Positions 48,750 through 59,131 of a DNA stretch of 64,000 nt are shown piece by piece (position 1 is the stretch's first letter; each line of letters opens with the position of its first letter). This DNA comes from an uncultured Pseudomonadota bacterium (lineage in GTDB: Bacteria > Oederibacteriota > Muellerivitia > Muellerivitales > Muellerivitaceae): contig CAVYRH010000004.1 in the NCBI GenBank assembly GCA_963770835.1, forward strand, positions 704,001-768,000. The letters run 5' to 3'. The translations under genes were made by a program, and so were the position numbers. A model generated the notes under the pieces. That model saw only the letters and a program-made list of their open reading frames with translations. It had not been told where the DNA came from and did no database searches.

Positions 48750-48766
48750 ATCAAATCCTTTATTGC

Positions 48767-49024
48767 TGTCATTGCGAGGAGTGCCGACCGTATAGGTCGG
48801 CGGTTACGACGAAGCAACCCCAGTTTACACTCATTTACTCTTGTAATATCGGCATAGCCCGATGAAGGAAATGAGCGTGACACAGTTTTCAATTTCGGGA
48901 CCGAAGGCCCCACTGCCTTGAAGAAACTTTGTAAATAACTTCCACATGGTGAAAAGGCATATTTCGAACTGAGGTTGCTTTGTCATGATCGCCCGCCATT
49001 CGGCGGGCATTCCTCGCAATGACA
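48767..49024. repeat. REP/MITE-like element with inverted GTCATTGCGAG units
   Basis: TGTCATTGCGAGGAGTGCC ... GGCATTCCTCGCAATGACA (18/19 inverted match); each unit has an inner hairpin. Confidence 0.8.
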
Positions 49025-49033
49025 TCTATCATT

Positions 49034-51721
49034 TTAATCCGACTTCGCCGGATTATTTTCTAGAGGAATCGTAAACCGGAAAATTGCCCCGCCGCCCGGC
49101 CGGTTTTGGGCCTCAATCGTCCCCCCGTGGATCTGCACGAAACCCTTACAAATGGAAAGCCCCAGGCCCGCGCCGCTGGTCCGCCCCTGCTGGGGGCCCC
49201 GGTAAAACTTGTCGAAAAGATGGGGAAGGTCCTCCGGGGGCAGGCCCGGCCCCTTATCCGCCACTTCGACCACCAACCGGTCGTTTTCGCTTTTGGCCGA
49301 AATCTCAATGGGGGCGTCCTTGGGGGTGTATTTGAGGGCATTGTCCAGCAGGTTGACCACCACCTGTTCAATCAACAGGCTGTCCATCGGCACGAGGGGA
49401 AGGTCCGAAGGGATTTTAGTGACGACATTCCTCGCCGCCAGTTTCTTTTCCATCCGGGCGATGGCTGATCCGATGACCTCTCCCGGGTAGTTGAGTTCCT
49501 TGTTGGGCCGGATGGCCCCGGATTCCAGTTTGGTCATCTCCAAAAGGTTGTTCACCAGCCGCTCCAGCCGCTCGGCCTCGTCGTGGATGTTCTCCAAAAG
49601 ATCCTTCCGGGTGGGAGGGGGGAGGGATTCGCCGTTCTGGAGCAGGCTGCTGCTGGAACCGGTGATGGCGGCCAGGGGCGTGCGCAGGTCGTGGGACACG
49701 GAGCTTAAAAGGGAACTCCTTAATTTTTCCGTTTCCACCTGCATCTGGGTTTGTTGCTGTTTTTGCAAAAGCTTGTCGGCCGCCACCGCCAGCGCGGTTT
49801 GGTGCGCGAAGGCCTCCAGCAAGTGCAACTGCTCGGGGATCAGGAGTTTTTCCGGCTGGGCGGGTTTTACTCCCAGGGCCCCCACCGGTTCGCCGGAGGC
49901 TAATAGCGGCAGGTAAAGCGCCTCGGTGCCGGGCAAGGTGTCGGTGCCCCGGCCCGCCATCTGTCCCAGGTCGTAGGCCCAGTGGGCCACGCCCATTTCC
50001 TTGGCGGTCAGGTTGAAATCCTGCACCGCCCCGGTTTGCACCTGCAGGCGGCCGTTCTCGTCCGGCAAGAAGGCGATGACGGAACTCTCGAAGACCTCGG
50101 AAATGTGCTTGACGGCGATCTCCAAAAGCTGGGCCGTGCCCCAGGTGGAAGCCAGCTCCTTGGAGAGGGAGTAAAGGGCGTTGGTGCGGCGCTCCCGCAA
50201 ACGGGAAAACCGCTCTTGGTTGCGGATCCGAACCGTCAGGTTGCTGATGGAAAGGCCCACCAGCAGCATCACGATGAACATGAAGATGTACTGGGTGTCG
50301 GAGACCGCGAAGGAGAACCGGGGAGGCACGAAGAAAAAATCAAAAGCGATGACGCTTAAAAAGGAAGCCAGGGTGGAGGGCCCCAGGTTTTGGCGGTAGG
50401 AAACGGCCAGGATGCCCAAAAGATAGACCATGATGAGGTTGGCCAGGTCCACGCTGGGGAAGAGGGCCCAGGCCACGGCTGTGCTGACGGCCACCGTCAC
50501 AAGGGCCCAGCCGTAGCCCGGCCAGTCGAATTTCCGGATGGTGGCACCCGATTGGATTCTCCGCTTTTCCCGGGGGTCGGCGGTTTCCCCCTGGGTGGCA
50601 TAAACGTCAATCTCCCCGCTCGCGCGCAGGAGCTCGTCCACGGGGGACGGCCTCAAAAGGCTCCGCCAGGAATGGCGGGGGGGCTTGCCGATGAAGATCT
50701 TGTTGACGTTGCGTTCCCGGGCGTAATCCATGACTTCCTCGGCGAAGTTTTGGCCGCTCAAAGTGGCGGTTTCCGCCCCCAACTGCTCGGCCAGGCGCAG
50801 GTGCTGGATGGCATGGGCCCGGACTTGCTCCGGGAGGCGGGATTGGGCGGGCGTTTCCACGTAGAGGGCGATCCAGCTGGCGCGAAGCGACTTGGCCATG
50901 CGGTGGGCCGCCCGCACCAGGTTGGCGGAGGCTGGGTTGGAGGACACGCAAACCAAAATCCGGTCGGTGGTGGCCCAGGTCTGGGTGATGGCCTTGTCGC
51001 GGCGGTAGTCCTGCACCTGGTCGCCCACCCGGTCGGCGGTGGTGCGAAGGGCCATTTCCCGCAGGGCGATCAGGTTGCCCTTGCGGAAGAAGTTATGAAT
51101 GGCCCGTTGGGCCGCCTCAGGCACGTAAACCTTGCCTTCCTGGAGGCGCTTCAGGAGGTCGTCGGGCGGAAGGTCGATCAGTTCCACCTCATCCGCCATC
51201 CTCAGCACCTTGTCGGGCAGGGTTTCCCGCACGACCACGCCGGTCACCTGGGCCACGATGTCGTTGATGCTTTCCAGGTGCTGGACGTTCAGGGTGCTGT
51301 AGACGTTCGTGCCCAGGTCCAAAAGCTCCTGCACGTCCTGCCAGCGCTTCAAGTGGCGGGACCCCTCGGCATTGGTGTGGGCCAGTTCGTCCACCAAAAG
51401 GATTCCCGGTTTTCGCTTCAAGGCGCCGTCAATGTCGAATTCCTTGAGCTTAGTCCCGCGGTATTCCAGTTCCTGGGGCGGCAGGATCTCCAAGCCTTCC
51501 AAGAGGGCGGCGGTTTCCTTGCGGCCGTGGGTTTCCAAAAGACCCACTGCAACGTCGATTCCCTCGGCCTTCTTGGCTCGGGCAGCTTCCAACATGGCGT
51601 AGGTTTTGCCCACGCCCGGGCAGGCGCCGAAGAAGATCTTCAGCTTGCCGCGTTTGGCGGCTTTTTCCTCGGCCTGGACCTGGGTTAAAAGCAGGTCCGG
51701 ATTGGGTCGTTTGTCGTTCAT
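49034..51721 (-). CDS. kdpD: Sensor histidine kinase KdpD
   Basis: GKLKIFFGACPGVGKT, VDELAH, Usp, 4TM, GAF, SHDLRTPL. Confidence 0.96.
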   Translation of the reverse strand: MNDKRPNPDLLLTQVQAEEKAAKRGKLKIFFGACPGVGKTYAMLEAARAKKAEGIDVAVGLLETHGRKETAALLEGLEILPPQELEYRGTKLKEFDIDGALKRKPGILLVDELAHTNAEGSRHLKRWQDVQELLDLGTNVYSTLNVQHLESINDIVAQVTGVVVRETLPDKVLRMADEVELIDLPPDDLLKRLQEGKVYVPEAAQRAIHNFFRKGNLIALREMALRTTADRVGDQVQDYRRDKAITQTWATTDRILVCVSSNPASANLVRAAHRMAKSLRASWIALYVETPAQSRLPEQVRAHAIQHLRLAEQLGAETATLSGQNFAEEVMDYARERNVNKIFIGKPPRHSWRSLLRPSPVDELLRASGEIDVYATQGETADPREKRRIQSGATIRKFDWPGYGWALVTVAVSTAVAWALFPSVDLANLIMVYLLGILAVSYRQNLGPSTLASFLSVIAFDFFFVPPRFSFAVSDTQYIFMFIVMLLVGLSISNLTVRIRNQERFSRLRERRTNALYSLSKELASTWGTAQLLEIAVKHISEVFESSVIAFLPDENGRLQVQTGAVQDFNLTAKEMGVAHWAYDLGQMAGRGTDTLPGTEALYLPLLASGEPVGALGVKPAQPEKLLIPEQLHLLEAFAHQTALAVAADKLLQKQQQTQMQVETEKLRSSLLSSVSHDLRTPLAAITGSSSSLLQNGESLPPPTRKDLLENIHDEAERLERLVNNLLEMTKLESGAIRPNKELNYPGEVIGSAIARMEKKLAARNVVTKIPSDLPLVPMDSLLIEQVVVNLLDNALKYTPKDAPIEISAKSENDRLVVEVADKGPGLPPEDLPHLFDKFYRGPQQGRTSGAGLGLSICKGFVQIHGGTIEAQNRPGGGAIFRFTIPLENNPAKSD

Positions 51722-51734
51722 TGGAACCCCTAAA

Positions 51735-51830
51735 AGTCGACAGTCAACAGCCCGCAGTCGGCAACAAGGCTGGTGTTGGTTGTGATTTAGCCTTTGCTGT
51801 GGACTGTCGACTGTTAACTGTGAGCTGCGG
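51735..51830. repeat. Inverted pair of heptamer tandem arrays
   Basis: agtcgac agtcaac agcccgc agtcggc ... ctgtgga ctgtcga ctgttaa ctgtgag ctgcgg. Confidence 0.75.
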
Positions 51831-52039
51831 TTTGATTTTACGCTTCAGCTAAGAGGGCGTCCACGAAATGAAGGCCCCAAATCGCTTCATTTTAATTTTT
51901 TCCATATACCTTCCGGCGGTTCTTTTTCTTTGAAACTTTTATCGAAGTTCGTTCGTCAAACTTTTTGATTAGGAGGGTTGATTTGAAAGTCGAAAATAAG
52001 TATTTTTTAAATGTCTTCAAAATGAGTTGAGGCTGGGTC

Positions 52040-52405
52040 ATGGGAAATAAGCTAAAAAAATTCAGCCGGGTTGCGCTTCTTGTTCTTGCGGTGGCGGTCG
52101 CTTTAAGGCCGGTCATCGTTGAGGCGAGCCCAAACTTTAACCCCTTTCAGGCCGCCCCTCAGCTAAATTCATCTTTTTCCCACTCCGGGCAATCAAAATC
52201 ATCTTTCTCCAACTCCCGAATAAAAAAACAATCAACCCATCAACTCTCAAAACTGAAACTTCTTCCCAAAAATACCGTTGGTTTTTATAGTTTGATTCCC
52301 CAGTACGAAAGGATGAACCTTTCGCTGGAATTAAGCCGTTCGTTTTTTGGCGGTTCTTCCCTTTGCAGTCATTCTCCCCAGAAGTTCCTTATCCTAAGAA
52401 TCTGA
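52040..52405 (+). CDS. Hypothetical protein
   Basis: ORF with N-terminal hydrophobic stretch. Confidence 0.5.
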   Translation: MGNKLKKFSRVALLVLAVAVALRPVIVEASPNFNPFQAAPQLNSSFSHSGQSKSSFSNSRIKKQSTHQLSKLKLLPKNTVGFYSLIPQYERMNLSLELSRSFFGGSSLCSHSPQKFLILRI

Positions 52406-52506
52406 AAATTCCTTTCGTGTAGTTTCCAACCGGGTCCTTTTTCAGCCCGGGTTGGATTTCGCGCGTTCATTTAACGCACGAAAATTCCCTACGAAAGGAG
52501 TTCCCC

Positions 52507-52941
52507 GTGAAATTCGAAGATTTTTTACTAGGCGCGGGCGTTTACGCCCTCATCATTGCCGCCGGTTATTCGGGGCCGGTCCTGAAAAAACTTGAAAAAA
52601 TTCCCTGGAATAAGCCGGCCAACGCTTTGGCTTGGAGCCATTTCCAACTATTCGCTCCAATTTTAAACCCAGGGGCTGATAAAACTTTGTCGGCTTCAGG
52701 AAGCCGTCAAATTTCCACCCTTGTCCGTCCCGTTTCAATGCCGGTCCTTACGCAAAATTACATCCGCCAAAACAATGGGAAACCCCGGGAAGGGATTTCT
52801 TCTCGACCCCCTGTTTTGGGTGGAGGCGCAAAACTTTCCCAAGCTTCCCCGCCTCTTCAGGGGATAAAAACGGGCTCTAAAGTGAACCCCGACTTGCCGA
52901 GAAAAAAGAGTTCCGATTTAGAAGAACCGGCGAAGAGTTGA
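52507..52941 (+). CDS. Hypothetical protein
   Basis: AAGGAG RBS, GTG start. Confidence 0.5.
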   Translation: MKFEDFLLGAGVYALIIAAGYSGPVLKKLEKIPWNKPANALAWSHFQLFAPILNPGADKTLSASGSRQISTLVRPVSMPVLTQNYIRQNNGKPREGISSRPPVLGGGAKLSQASPPLQGIKTGSKVNPDLPRKKSSDLEEPAKS

Positions 52942-53300
52942 TTTTTAACTCAGGGGGAATGTTTATGCAAATTGCTTTAAATAAGGAATTGGAAGTCAAA
53001 GTACATTGCGACAATTTGATTTCCCTCTTAATGAAAGAATTTTTACGGAGGGAAGGGTTGGCTTCCGACAGCCGGTTGAAATGCTGGCTTAACGCGGTTG
53101 AAAAAGTCCATGTCGAGGATTGGGGAACTTGGTCCGATTTGACAGCGCAGGTTATTTTGAACGTCGCCACGAAGGATTTTTGCACCACCTTGAAAAGAGG
53201 TTTAACCGGATCTGAACGGCGTTTTCTCGCGGTGCACGTAAGGGAGTTTGTCGAAGTTTTCGGCAAAAGCCGGTTAAAAGTTTTGGAGTTTAAAGATTAA
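52938..53300 (+). CDS. Hypothetical protein
   Basis: ORF in operon orientation; start uncertain. Confidence 0.5.
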   Translation: MIFNSGGMFMQIALNKELEVKVHCDNLISLLMKEFLRREGLASDSRLKCWLNAVEKVHVEDWGTWSDLTAQVILNVATKDFCTTLKRGLTGSERRFLAVHVREFVEVFGKSRLKVLEFKD

Positions 53301-53321
53301 AAAAAGGAAAGGAGAAAAGTC

Positions 53322-53750
53322 ATGATTAACAAAAATGAAAAAGTCCTGTCGGTTTTCGGTTTGGCGGCCCTTCTCTTGGTTTGCGGTTGCGGGGAAAAAC
53401 GGATTGCATCCACCGAGGTGCCGAAACAACCCGGAGCCAATGAAAACGCAGGGGCGGTAAAGGCGTCTTTGGCCCCCTCGGGCCACTACTTCGTGGAGAA
53501 ACATGATTGCCTTTGGACTATCGCCGGTCAACCCAGGATATACGGCGATTCGTTCCTGTGGCCGGAACTGTTTAAGGCAAACCGGGACCAGATTACGGAC
53601 CCTGATTTGATTTACCCAAGGCAGGATTTAAGGGTGCAAAAAGGATTTTCTGCCGAGGAAACGAATCGAACCCGGCAAATGGCCCTGGCCACGCCGAAGT
53701 ATGTTCCCCATTCCAAGCCGAGGGAAACCCTCCCCTTGGATTATTTCTGA
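53322..53750 (+). CDS. LysM-domain lipoprotein
   Basis: Lipobox-like VCGC; YFVEKHDCLWTIA..WPELFKANRDQITDPDLIYP. Confidence 0.85.
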   Translation: MINKNEKVLSVFGLAALLLVCGCGEKRIASTEVPKQPGANENAGAVKASLAPSGHYFVEKHDCLWTIAGQPRIYGDSFLWPELFKANRDQITDPDLIYPRQDLRVQKGFSAEETNRTRQMALATPKYVPHSKPRETLPLDYF

Positions 53751-54103
53751 TTTCCTCTCCTCCTTAATCCGGCCCGGGCGCAACCCCCGGGCCAAGCCCG
53801 GCTTCCCAAGGGCCGGGCAATTGTTCCGTCCCCTCTTTGTAAATCTAGGGGATCGGTAAAGCTGGCCGGAACAGGGATTCGGCCCGCCTTCCCAGGCGGG
53901 CCCCTATTCCGTTTCTTAAAATTGAAGGGAGAAATTCATGAAAAGGGTGATGGGTTCACTTTTGGCGACCAAATAAGGGACGAATGATCCAACCCCGCCC
54001 AAAGCGGGGAAAGGGAAACGGCAGTCATAAAAGGGGATGGGATCGCTCCTCAAAAGAACGGTCTTCACTGCCGTAAAATTTTAAAGTTATTAAGGAGTAA
54101 GCC

Positions 54104-54283
54104 ATGAAAAAGTTGATGGCCGTAATGATGACGGTTTTGTTCGTGGGGGCGCTTTCCGGGCCTGTTTGGGCCGATACGATGCCGGCCAAGACCCCGGTCG
54201 CGAAAACCATGAAACATAAGAAAAAGAGCTCGAAGAAAGGTAAGAAGGCCATGAAGCCCAGTGCAACTCCCATGGCCAAATAA
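54104..54283 (+). CDS. Small secreted Lys-rich protein (absent from the ORF track)
   Basis: TAAGGAG RBS; MKKLMAVMMTVLFVGALSGPVWA-DTMPAKTPVAKTMKHKKKSSKKGKK.. 59 aa. Confidence 0.75.
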   Translation: MKKLMAVMMTVLFVGALSGPVWADTMPAKTPVAKTMKHKKKSSKKGKKAMKPSATPMAK

Positions 54284-54449
54284 AAAAGTCGTCCGGGTCC
54301 CCGGGATTCCCGGGGAACCCGCCTGTGAATGGGTTCACATCCATTTTCAGACGGGTTCGGAATATTTTTCCAAAACCAGCCCGGAAAAAACCAGCCGGAT
54401 TATTTCCGGTGTTTGAATTTGCAGGGAATAAAATTCAGGAGGTTTTTAA

Positions 54450-54959
54450 ATGAAAAGGTACTTTCTGATGTTGTTCATGGGATTGGCGGTTGTCCTGAAC
54501 GGGTGTGCTAGCACAGGCAAACTGGCAAAGTCCCAAAGTGAAACACAAACAACCTTAGGCCCTCAAATCCAGGATTTTGAGGCGTTTGGGGAAGTGATCC
54601 AAACGGATAAAGGGATCAAGCTTACCTTGGTTAGCGACCTTCTATTCAAGGTTGCCCATTCCCATTTAAGCAAAGAGGGAATCCAGACGATCGATGCCGT
54701 CGCGGCTGTTTTATTGAAACACCCCAACTTTCAAACGAATATTTCGGTTTACACCGATAACAGCGGGTCCGAAAAGGGAAACCTCCGAATCTCCAAACGA
54801 CGGGCCAAGGCCGTCTTGGATGAGTTGGTCAAGCAGGGTATTCTCGTGGCCAACCTAACTGCTTCCGGAATGGGTTCAGCCGATCCGGTCGCCGCGAATG
54901 ACACCCCGGACAACCAGGCGAAGAACCGCCGGGTCGAAATGGAAATCTTCTTGCCGTAA
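54450..54959 (+). CDS. OmpA-family lipoprotein
   Basis: LNGC lipobox, YTDNSG, ISKRRA, NRRVE. Confidence 0.9.
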   Translation: MKRYFLMLFMGLAVVLNGCASTGKLAKSQSETQTTLGPQIQDFEAFGEVIQTDKGIKLTLVSDLLFKVAHSHLSKEGIQTIDAVAAVLLKHPNFQTNISVYTDNSGSEKGNLRISKRRAKAVLDELVKQGILVANLTASGMGSADPVAANDTPDNQAKNRRVEMEIFLP

Positions 54960-55081
54960 GGAAAGACTCGACAGCCAGTGGCGTTGGAAGCTTGAAATCC
55001 AACCGAAAGTATTGCGGACCCTCGGTACGTCAATCAACTGGCAGTGAAATTGAGTTTTAACCCATCTTGCGGAGCAACTTT

Positions 55082-55612
55082 ATGCGATTCCTGATCTTTG
55101 TTTTTTGCCTTCTTGCCTTTTCGACCGGGAATGCGAATGATTTAAAGGTTGCCACCGTCGATATGCAGACTCTTTTTAAAGAATATCCCGGTACAGCCCA
55201 AGCCCAAAAAAAGTACGACGACTTTGCCCAGGAAAAAAAACAGGATTTGGCCGATTCGGAGGAGGCCTTGAACTACCTTCAAAAAGAACTGAGTGAGCCC
55301 AAAAGCCCATTGTCCAGAAAAGAACGAGGACGGAAGGTGGAGGAACTCAATAACGAAACCCGGGATTATCAAGACGAGAAAAATCACGTTGAAAGCGAAT
55401 TGGAGGAACGAAACCGTGAAATGACGAAGCTGTTGATGGGCCGAATCAAGGATGTGGTTGCCGGGGTCGCAAAAAAAGAAGGCGTTGATCTCGTTTTAGA
55501 TTCGAATGACACGGTATTTACCAAAAACGGAAGGGACCTAACGGATGAGATTTTAAGGGCCTTCGCCGAATTGAAACCGGATCAAACAGAATTGGATATG
55601 GATGATCCTTAG
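55082..55612 (+). CDS. OmpH/Skp chaperone
   Basis: KVATVDMQ, coiled coil, VAKKEGVDLVLD, DLTDEIL. Confidence 0.85.
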   Translation: MRFLIFVFCLLAFSTGNANDLKVATVDMQTLFKEYPGTAQAQKKYDDFAQEKKQDLADSEEALNYLQKELSEPKSPLSRKERGRKVEELNNETRDYQDEKNHVESELEERNREMTKLLMGRIKDVVAGVAKKEGVDLVLDSNDTVFTKNGRDLTDEILRAFAELKPDQTELDMDDP

Positions 55613-55685
55613 GCGGGCGCTGGGACGTAAGGTCCTAACTTCTTAACCTGATATTTCACCAAAGATAACTCAGGAAGGAGTTGAA

Positions 55686-56156
55686 ATGATAAATCCTCCT
55701 AAGCCTATGGGAACCCGGTTTTTTATCCGGGCCCTGTTGTTTTTCTTAACATGCCTTTTATTGAGGGACTTATTGGTTATGCCAACACCAAAAGGGACCC
55801 AAGATTTTATTCATTATTCAAATAAAGGGGCCGTTTTGAACCGATTGAAATTAACCGGTACGCAACGAAATCAAATCCAAATGTGCAGGGCCGCCTATCG
55901 CAAGCGGATGGCTGAAATAGATGCACAACTCTTATTGGGACAAGTTAAAATCCAAAATGAACTGGAAAATGAGAACCCTAATGTGGACAGATTGGAAATG
56001 TTGTGCAACAGGATTGGCTATTTGCAAGGGGAAAGGTTGAGGATGAAAATCGCGACGGATTTGACCTTGGAAAGGAAAATACTTACCCCGCAACAGTTGG
56101 AAAAATTTAGGGTTATTCAAGCGAAAGAAGAGTTAGAATTTTCAAACCTCATATAA
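55686..56156 (+). CDS. Spy/CpxP-like periplasmic protein
   Basis: LKLTGTQ and ILTPQQ LTxxQ motifs. Confidence 0.7.
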   Translation: MINPPKPMGTRFFIRALLFFLTCLLLRDLLVMPTPKGTQDFIHYSNKGAVLNRLKLTGTQRNQIQMCRAAYRKRMAEIDAQLLLGQVKIQNELENENPNVDRLEMLCNRIGYLQGERLRMKIATDLTLERKILTPQQLEKFRVIQAKEELEFSNLI

Positions 56157-56157
56157 A

Positions 56158-57507
56158 ATGAAAAAACATAAAAATGGAAAAATCGCGGATACAATCGCCT
56201 TCGAACAAGCGAAAGAGTTGGTGGCGCAAGCTGTTCTTAATTGGAATCCTTTTCACAACCGGACCTATATCCAGGCGGCCCAGTTGGTGGCCGCCGTCGT
56301 GGTGGGTATTGCCGCCTATCTTTTCTCACTGGTCATCTCCCGCGCCCATCAGGTTTTCATCAGCCATTTCACGGAACACCCGATCCTGGTTTTCGCAGTG
56401 ACCCCCCCGTTGTTTTTTGCCGCGACCTGGCTGGTGGTGCGGTTCGCCCCCGAGGCGAAGGGGAGCGGCATCCCTCAAGTATTGGAAGCGATCGAGACGG
56501 CCTCGCCCCAAAAACCCGAGTCCCTTTTAAGCCCCTTGGTTTCCCTAAAGACGGCTTTTTTCAAGATTCTTTCCACGACGGTGGGAATCCTGGGAGGAGC
56601 TTCCGTAGGCCGCGAAGGCCCGACCGTCCAGATCGCTTCCTCGGTGTTCAATTGGGTCGCGGGAAAATCCAACAAATATTTCGGCGCAACGGATTTTAAA
56701 TCCTTCCTGGTGGCGGGAGGCGCGGCCGGTATCGCCGCGGCCTTTAACACCCCGCTCGCGGGTATTACCTTCGCGCTGGAAGAGATCGCCGAATCCACCT
56801 TTTCCCAATTCAAGCGGGTGGTCATGTTCAGCGTGATCGTGGGCGGTATCACCGCCCAGGCCTTGGGGGGGAATTACCATTATTTTGGCCATCCCTATAT
56901 CCCCAACCCTTCCATCATCCTCATTCCTTTTTCGATCCTGATCGGCTTATCGGGGGGGTTATTGGGGGGGCTTTTTTCCCGTGTCCTTACCAGCCCCCTC
57001 ACGAACATCCTCCCCAAACGATGGGTTTACCGCGCCCTGTTTTGCGGCGTCCTATGCGCCTTGTTTTCCTTTTTTTCCAATGGCGACACGGCGGGTTCGG
57101 GTTATGAGGTCACGAGAAGGTACATGGATAACCCGGGCGGCAGCCTCCCCCAGCTGTTTTTTGGAGAGAAATTCCTGACCACGGTTTTTTCCTACCTTTC
57201 TGGTATGGCGGGGGGGATTTTCTCGCCCAGTCTTTCCATTGGGGCCGGGATGGGGTTTACACTCGGGAAACTTTTCCACCTCCTGAATTTGCGGGCTTGC
57301 GCCATGATCGGTATGGTGGCTTTTTTCTCAGGGGTGGTCCAAGCGCCCTTGACGGCGGTCATCATCATCATGGAAATGACCGATCAAAGCCTGCTGATCG
57401 TCCCCTTCATGATCGCGGCATTTGTGGCCCATGGCATAGGCAAGATCATCATGCCCATACCGCTTTACCGGCACCTTGCCTTGATCGAAAAAAAGAACCA
57501 CAAATGA
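56158..57507 (+). CDS. ClC chloride channel / H+ antiporter
   Basis: GSGIP, GREGP, AAFNTPLAG, GGIFSP. Confidence 0.92.
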   Translation: MKKHKNGKIADTIAFEQAKELVAQAVLNWNPFHNRTYIQAAQLVAAVVVGIAAYLFSLVISRAHQVFISHFTEHPILVFAVTPPLFFAATWLVVRFAPEAKGSGIPQVLEAIETASPQKPESLLSPLVSLKTAFFKILSTTVGILGGASVGREGPTVQIASSVFNWVAGKSNKYFGATDFKSFLVAGGAAGIAAAFNTPLAGITFALEEIAESTFSQFKRVVMFSVIVGGITAQALGGNYHYFGHPYIPNPSIILIPFSILIGLSGGLLGGLFSRVLTSPLTNILPKRWVYRALFCGVLCALFSFFSNGDTAGSGYEVTRRYMDNPGGSLPQLFFGEKFLTTVFSYLSGMAGGIFSPSLSIGAGMGFTLGKLFHLLNLRACAMIGMVAFFSGVVQAPLTAVIIIMEMTDQSLLIVPFMIAAFVAHGIGKIIMPIPLYRHLALIEKKNHK

Positions 57508-57743
57508 AACCAAACAAAAAAAAGTCAACCTGGTTCTTGAGGACGACCATCGAAATGGGTTTCATCATCTTCCTGTTTTATTCCAACCTTTTGATGGGGG
57601 AATTTACGCGTTCAAACAGTTCGCAAGGAAAGAGTTTGGTTTTCGCAATTCAAGATGTATTCACGGCAACTAATTTCTCGATCGCTATCATTTCGGCGTT
57701 TATCGGACAGGTGATTTTTGAACATTTTAGGAAAAAACTCTGA
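57504..57743 (+). CDS. Small two-TM hypothetical protein
   Basis: ATG overlaps the ClC stop; IIFLFYSNLLMGEF. Confidence 0.65.
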   Translation: MKPNKKKSTWFLRTTIEMGFIIFLFYSNLLMGEFTRSNSSQGKSLVFAIQDVFTATNFSIAIISAFIGQVIFEHFRKKL

Positions 57744-57860
57744 TTTTATTTTTTTGAACCTAGGAATTTTTCAATTTTGTGGGTTGGAAAAGAATAAACC
57801 AATAAGGAAAGATTACTTTGATGTTTATCACCTTTTCGCCGTTTCTTCGGGAGGTTTCCG

Positions 57861-59114
57861 ATGGAATCACCTAAAAAAATACTGGTGTTCGCCCCCTGCG
57901 CCTACAACTTGGCCGAAACCACCCGTATGCTTGAAATCGCCAAAGGCATCCGTAACCACGAATCGGCCAACAAGGTTTTTGGTATCCAGTTCATCTCCGA
58001 CGGTGGAACCCTTGAATATTTAATCGAGGAAGAGGGGTTTCCGCTTAAAAGGATGGAACCCCGGTTAACGGTGGAAAAAATTCAACTGATTGCGGCGGTA
58101 GACCGGGGCGAGAAATTCACCCCCGCCTTTTCCCTCAAGGAGTTAACCGCAAGGATCGTGAACGAGGTGAACTATTTAAAAGAATTAAAACCCGCCGCCG
58201 TTATCACCGGCTCTTACCTGACGATACCCGTTACCTGCCGTATTTTAGGTATCCCTTTGGTGTGGGTCATCCAATCCACTTGGCTTGAGGACTTTTTCGC
58301 CCATGGAGCCGGTATGACCGACAATCTCAAGTTTAAACCACTGAAAATCATTGCCGATTGGATCATCCTGGGGTTCATCAATTTTTGGGTTCGAATTGGA
58401 TTCTTGAATCCCCTTAATCAAGCGGCAAAACGATTTGGTGTCCAGGGCTATTCCTCCATATTTGAATTTTGGAAAGGGGATATCAGTTTGGTGGCCGAAC
58501 CGGCTGAGTTCTCCGGCGCGAAACTCCCGCCGGATCATTATTTCACCGGCCCGCTTATTGCCCGGCAGAATTTCCATGTTCCTGAAGAAGTGAAATCAAT
58601 CCCAAGGGATAAACCACTGATCTATTTCGCCATGGGAAGCTCGGGAACACCCCGGATCGTCGCAAATATCTTGGAGGGCTTTGACGGGAAACCCTATCGG
58701 GTTATCGCTCCCATCAAACTCCTTTTGGACATGGCACCCGAAGTAAAAATTCCTTCCAACGTAATGGTCACCGGGTGGCTCCCGGCCCTTGAGGTCAACC
58801 GGATGGCGGACCTCACGGTCATTCATGGCGGCATCGGAACAGTAATGACGGCCATCTACGCGGGCAAACCGGTCGTCGGGGTCGGGATGCAAATGGAACA
58901 GGTTGCGAATCTCGCCTGTTTGGTTCGGCAGGGGTTCGCCATCAGGGTTCCGAAGTCCAATAAACCATCCAAAGGCGTTCAAAAGGCCATCGCGAAGCTT
59001 TTGAATGACTCGGAGGCTAAACTAAAGGCCGCCGCCTTTTCCAAAATCATGGATAAATGGGATGGTCCCCGGATGGCGGCGGAAAAAATTTATGAAAAAT
59101 ATGGTGGAGTGTAA
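57861..59114 (+). CDS. GT-B (family 1/28-like) glycosyltransferase
   Basis: IYFAMGSSG, HGGIGT..AGKPVVGV..EQ. Confidence 0.85.
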   Translation: MESPKKILVFAPCAYNLAETTRMLEIAKGIRNHESANKVFGIQFISDGGTLEYLIEEEGFPLKRMEPRLTVEKIQLIAAVDRGEKFTPAFSLKELTARIVNEVNYLKELKPAAVITGSYLTIPVTCRILGIPLVWVIQSTWLEDFFAHGAGMTDNLKFKPLKIIADWIILGFINFWVRIGFLNPLNQAAKRFGVQGYSSIFEFWKGDISLVAEPAEFSGAKLPPDHYFTGPLIARQNFHVPEEVKSIPRDKPLIYFAMGSSGTPRIVANILEGFDGKPYRVIAPIKLLLDMAPEVKIPSNVMVTGWLPALEVNRMADLTVIHGGIGTVMTAIYAGKPVVGVGMQMEQVANLACLVRQGFAIRVPKSNKPSKGVQKAIAKLLNDSEAKLKAAAFSKIMDKWDGPRMAAEKIYEKYGGV

Positions 59115-59131
59115 ACGCCGAATTGGGGTGA

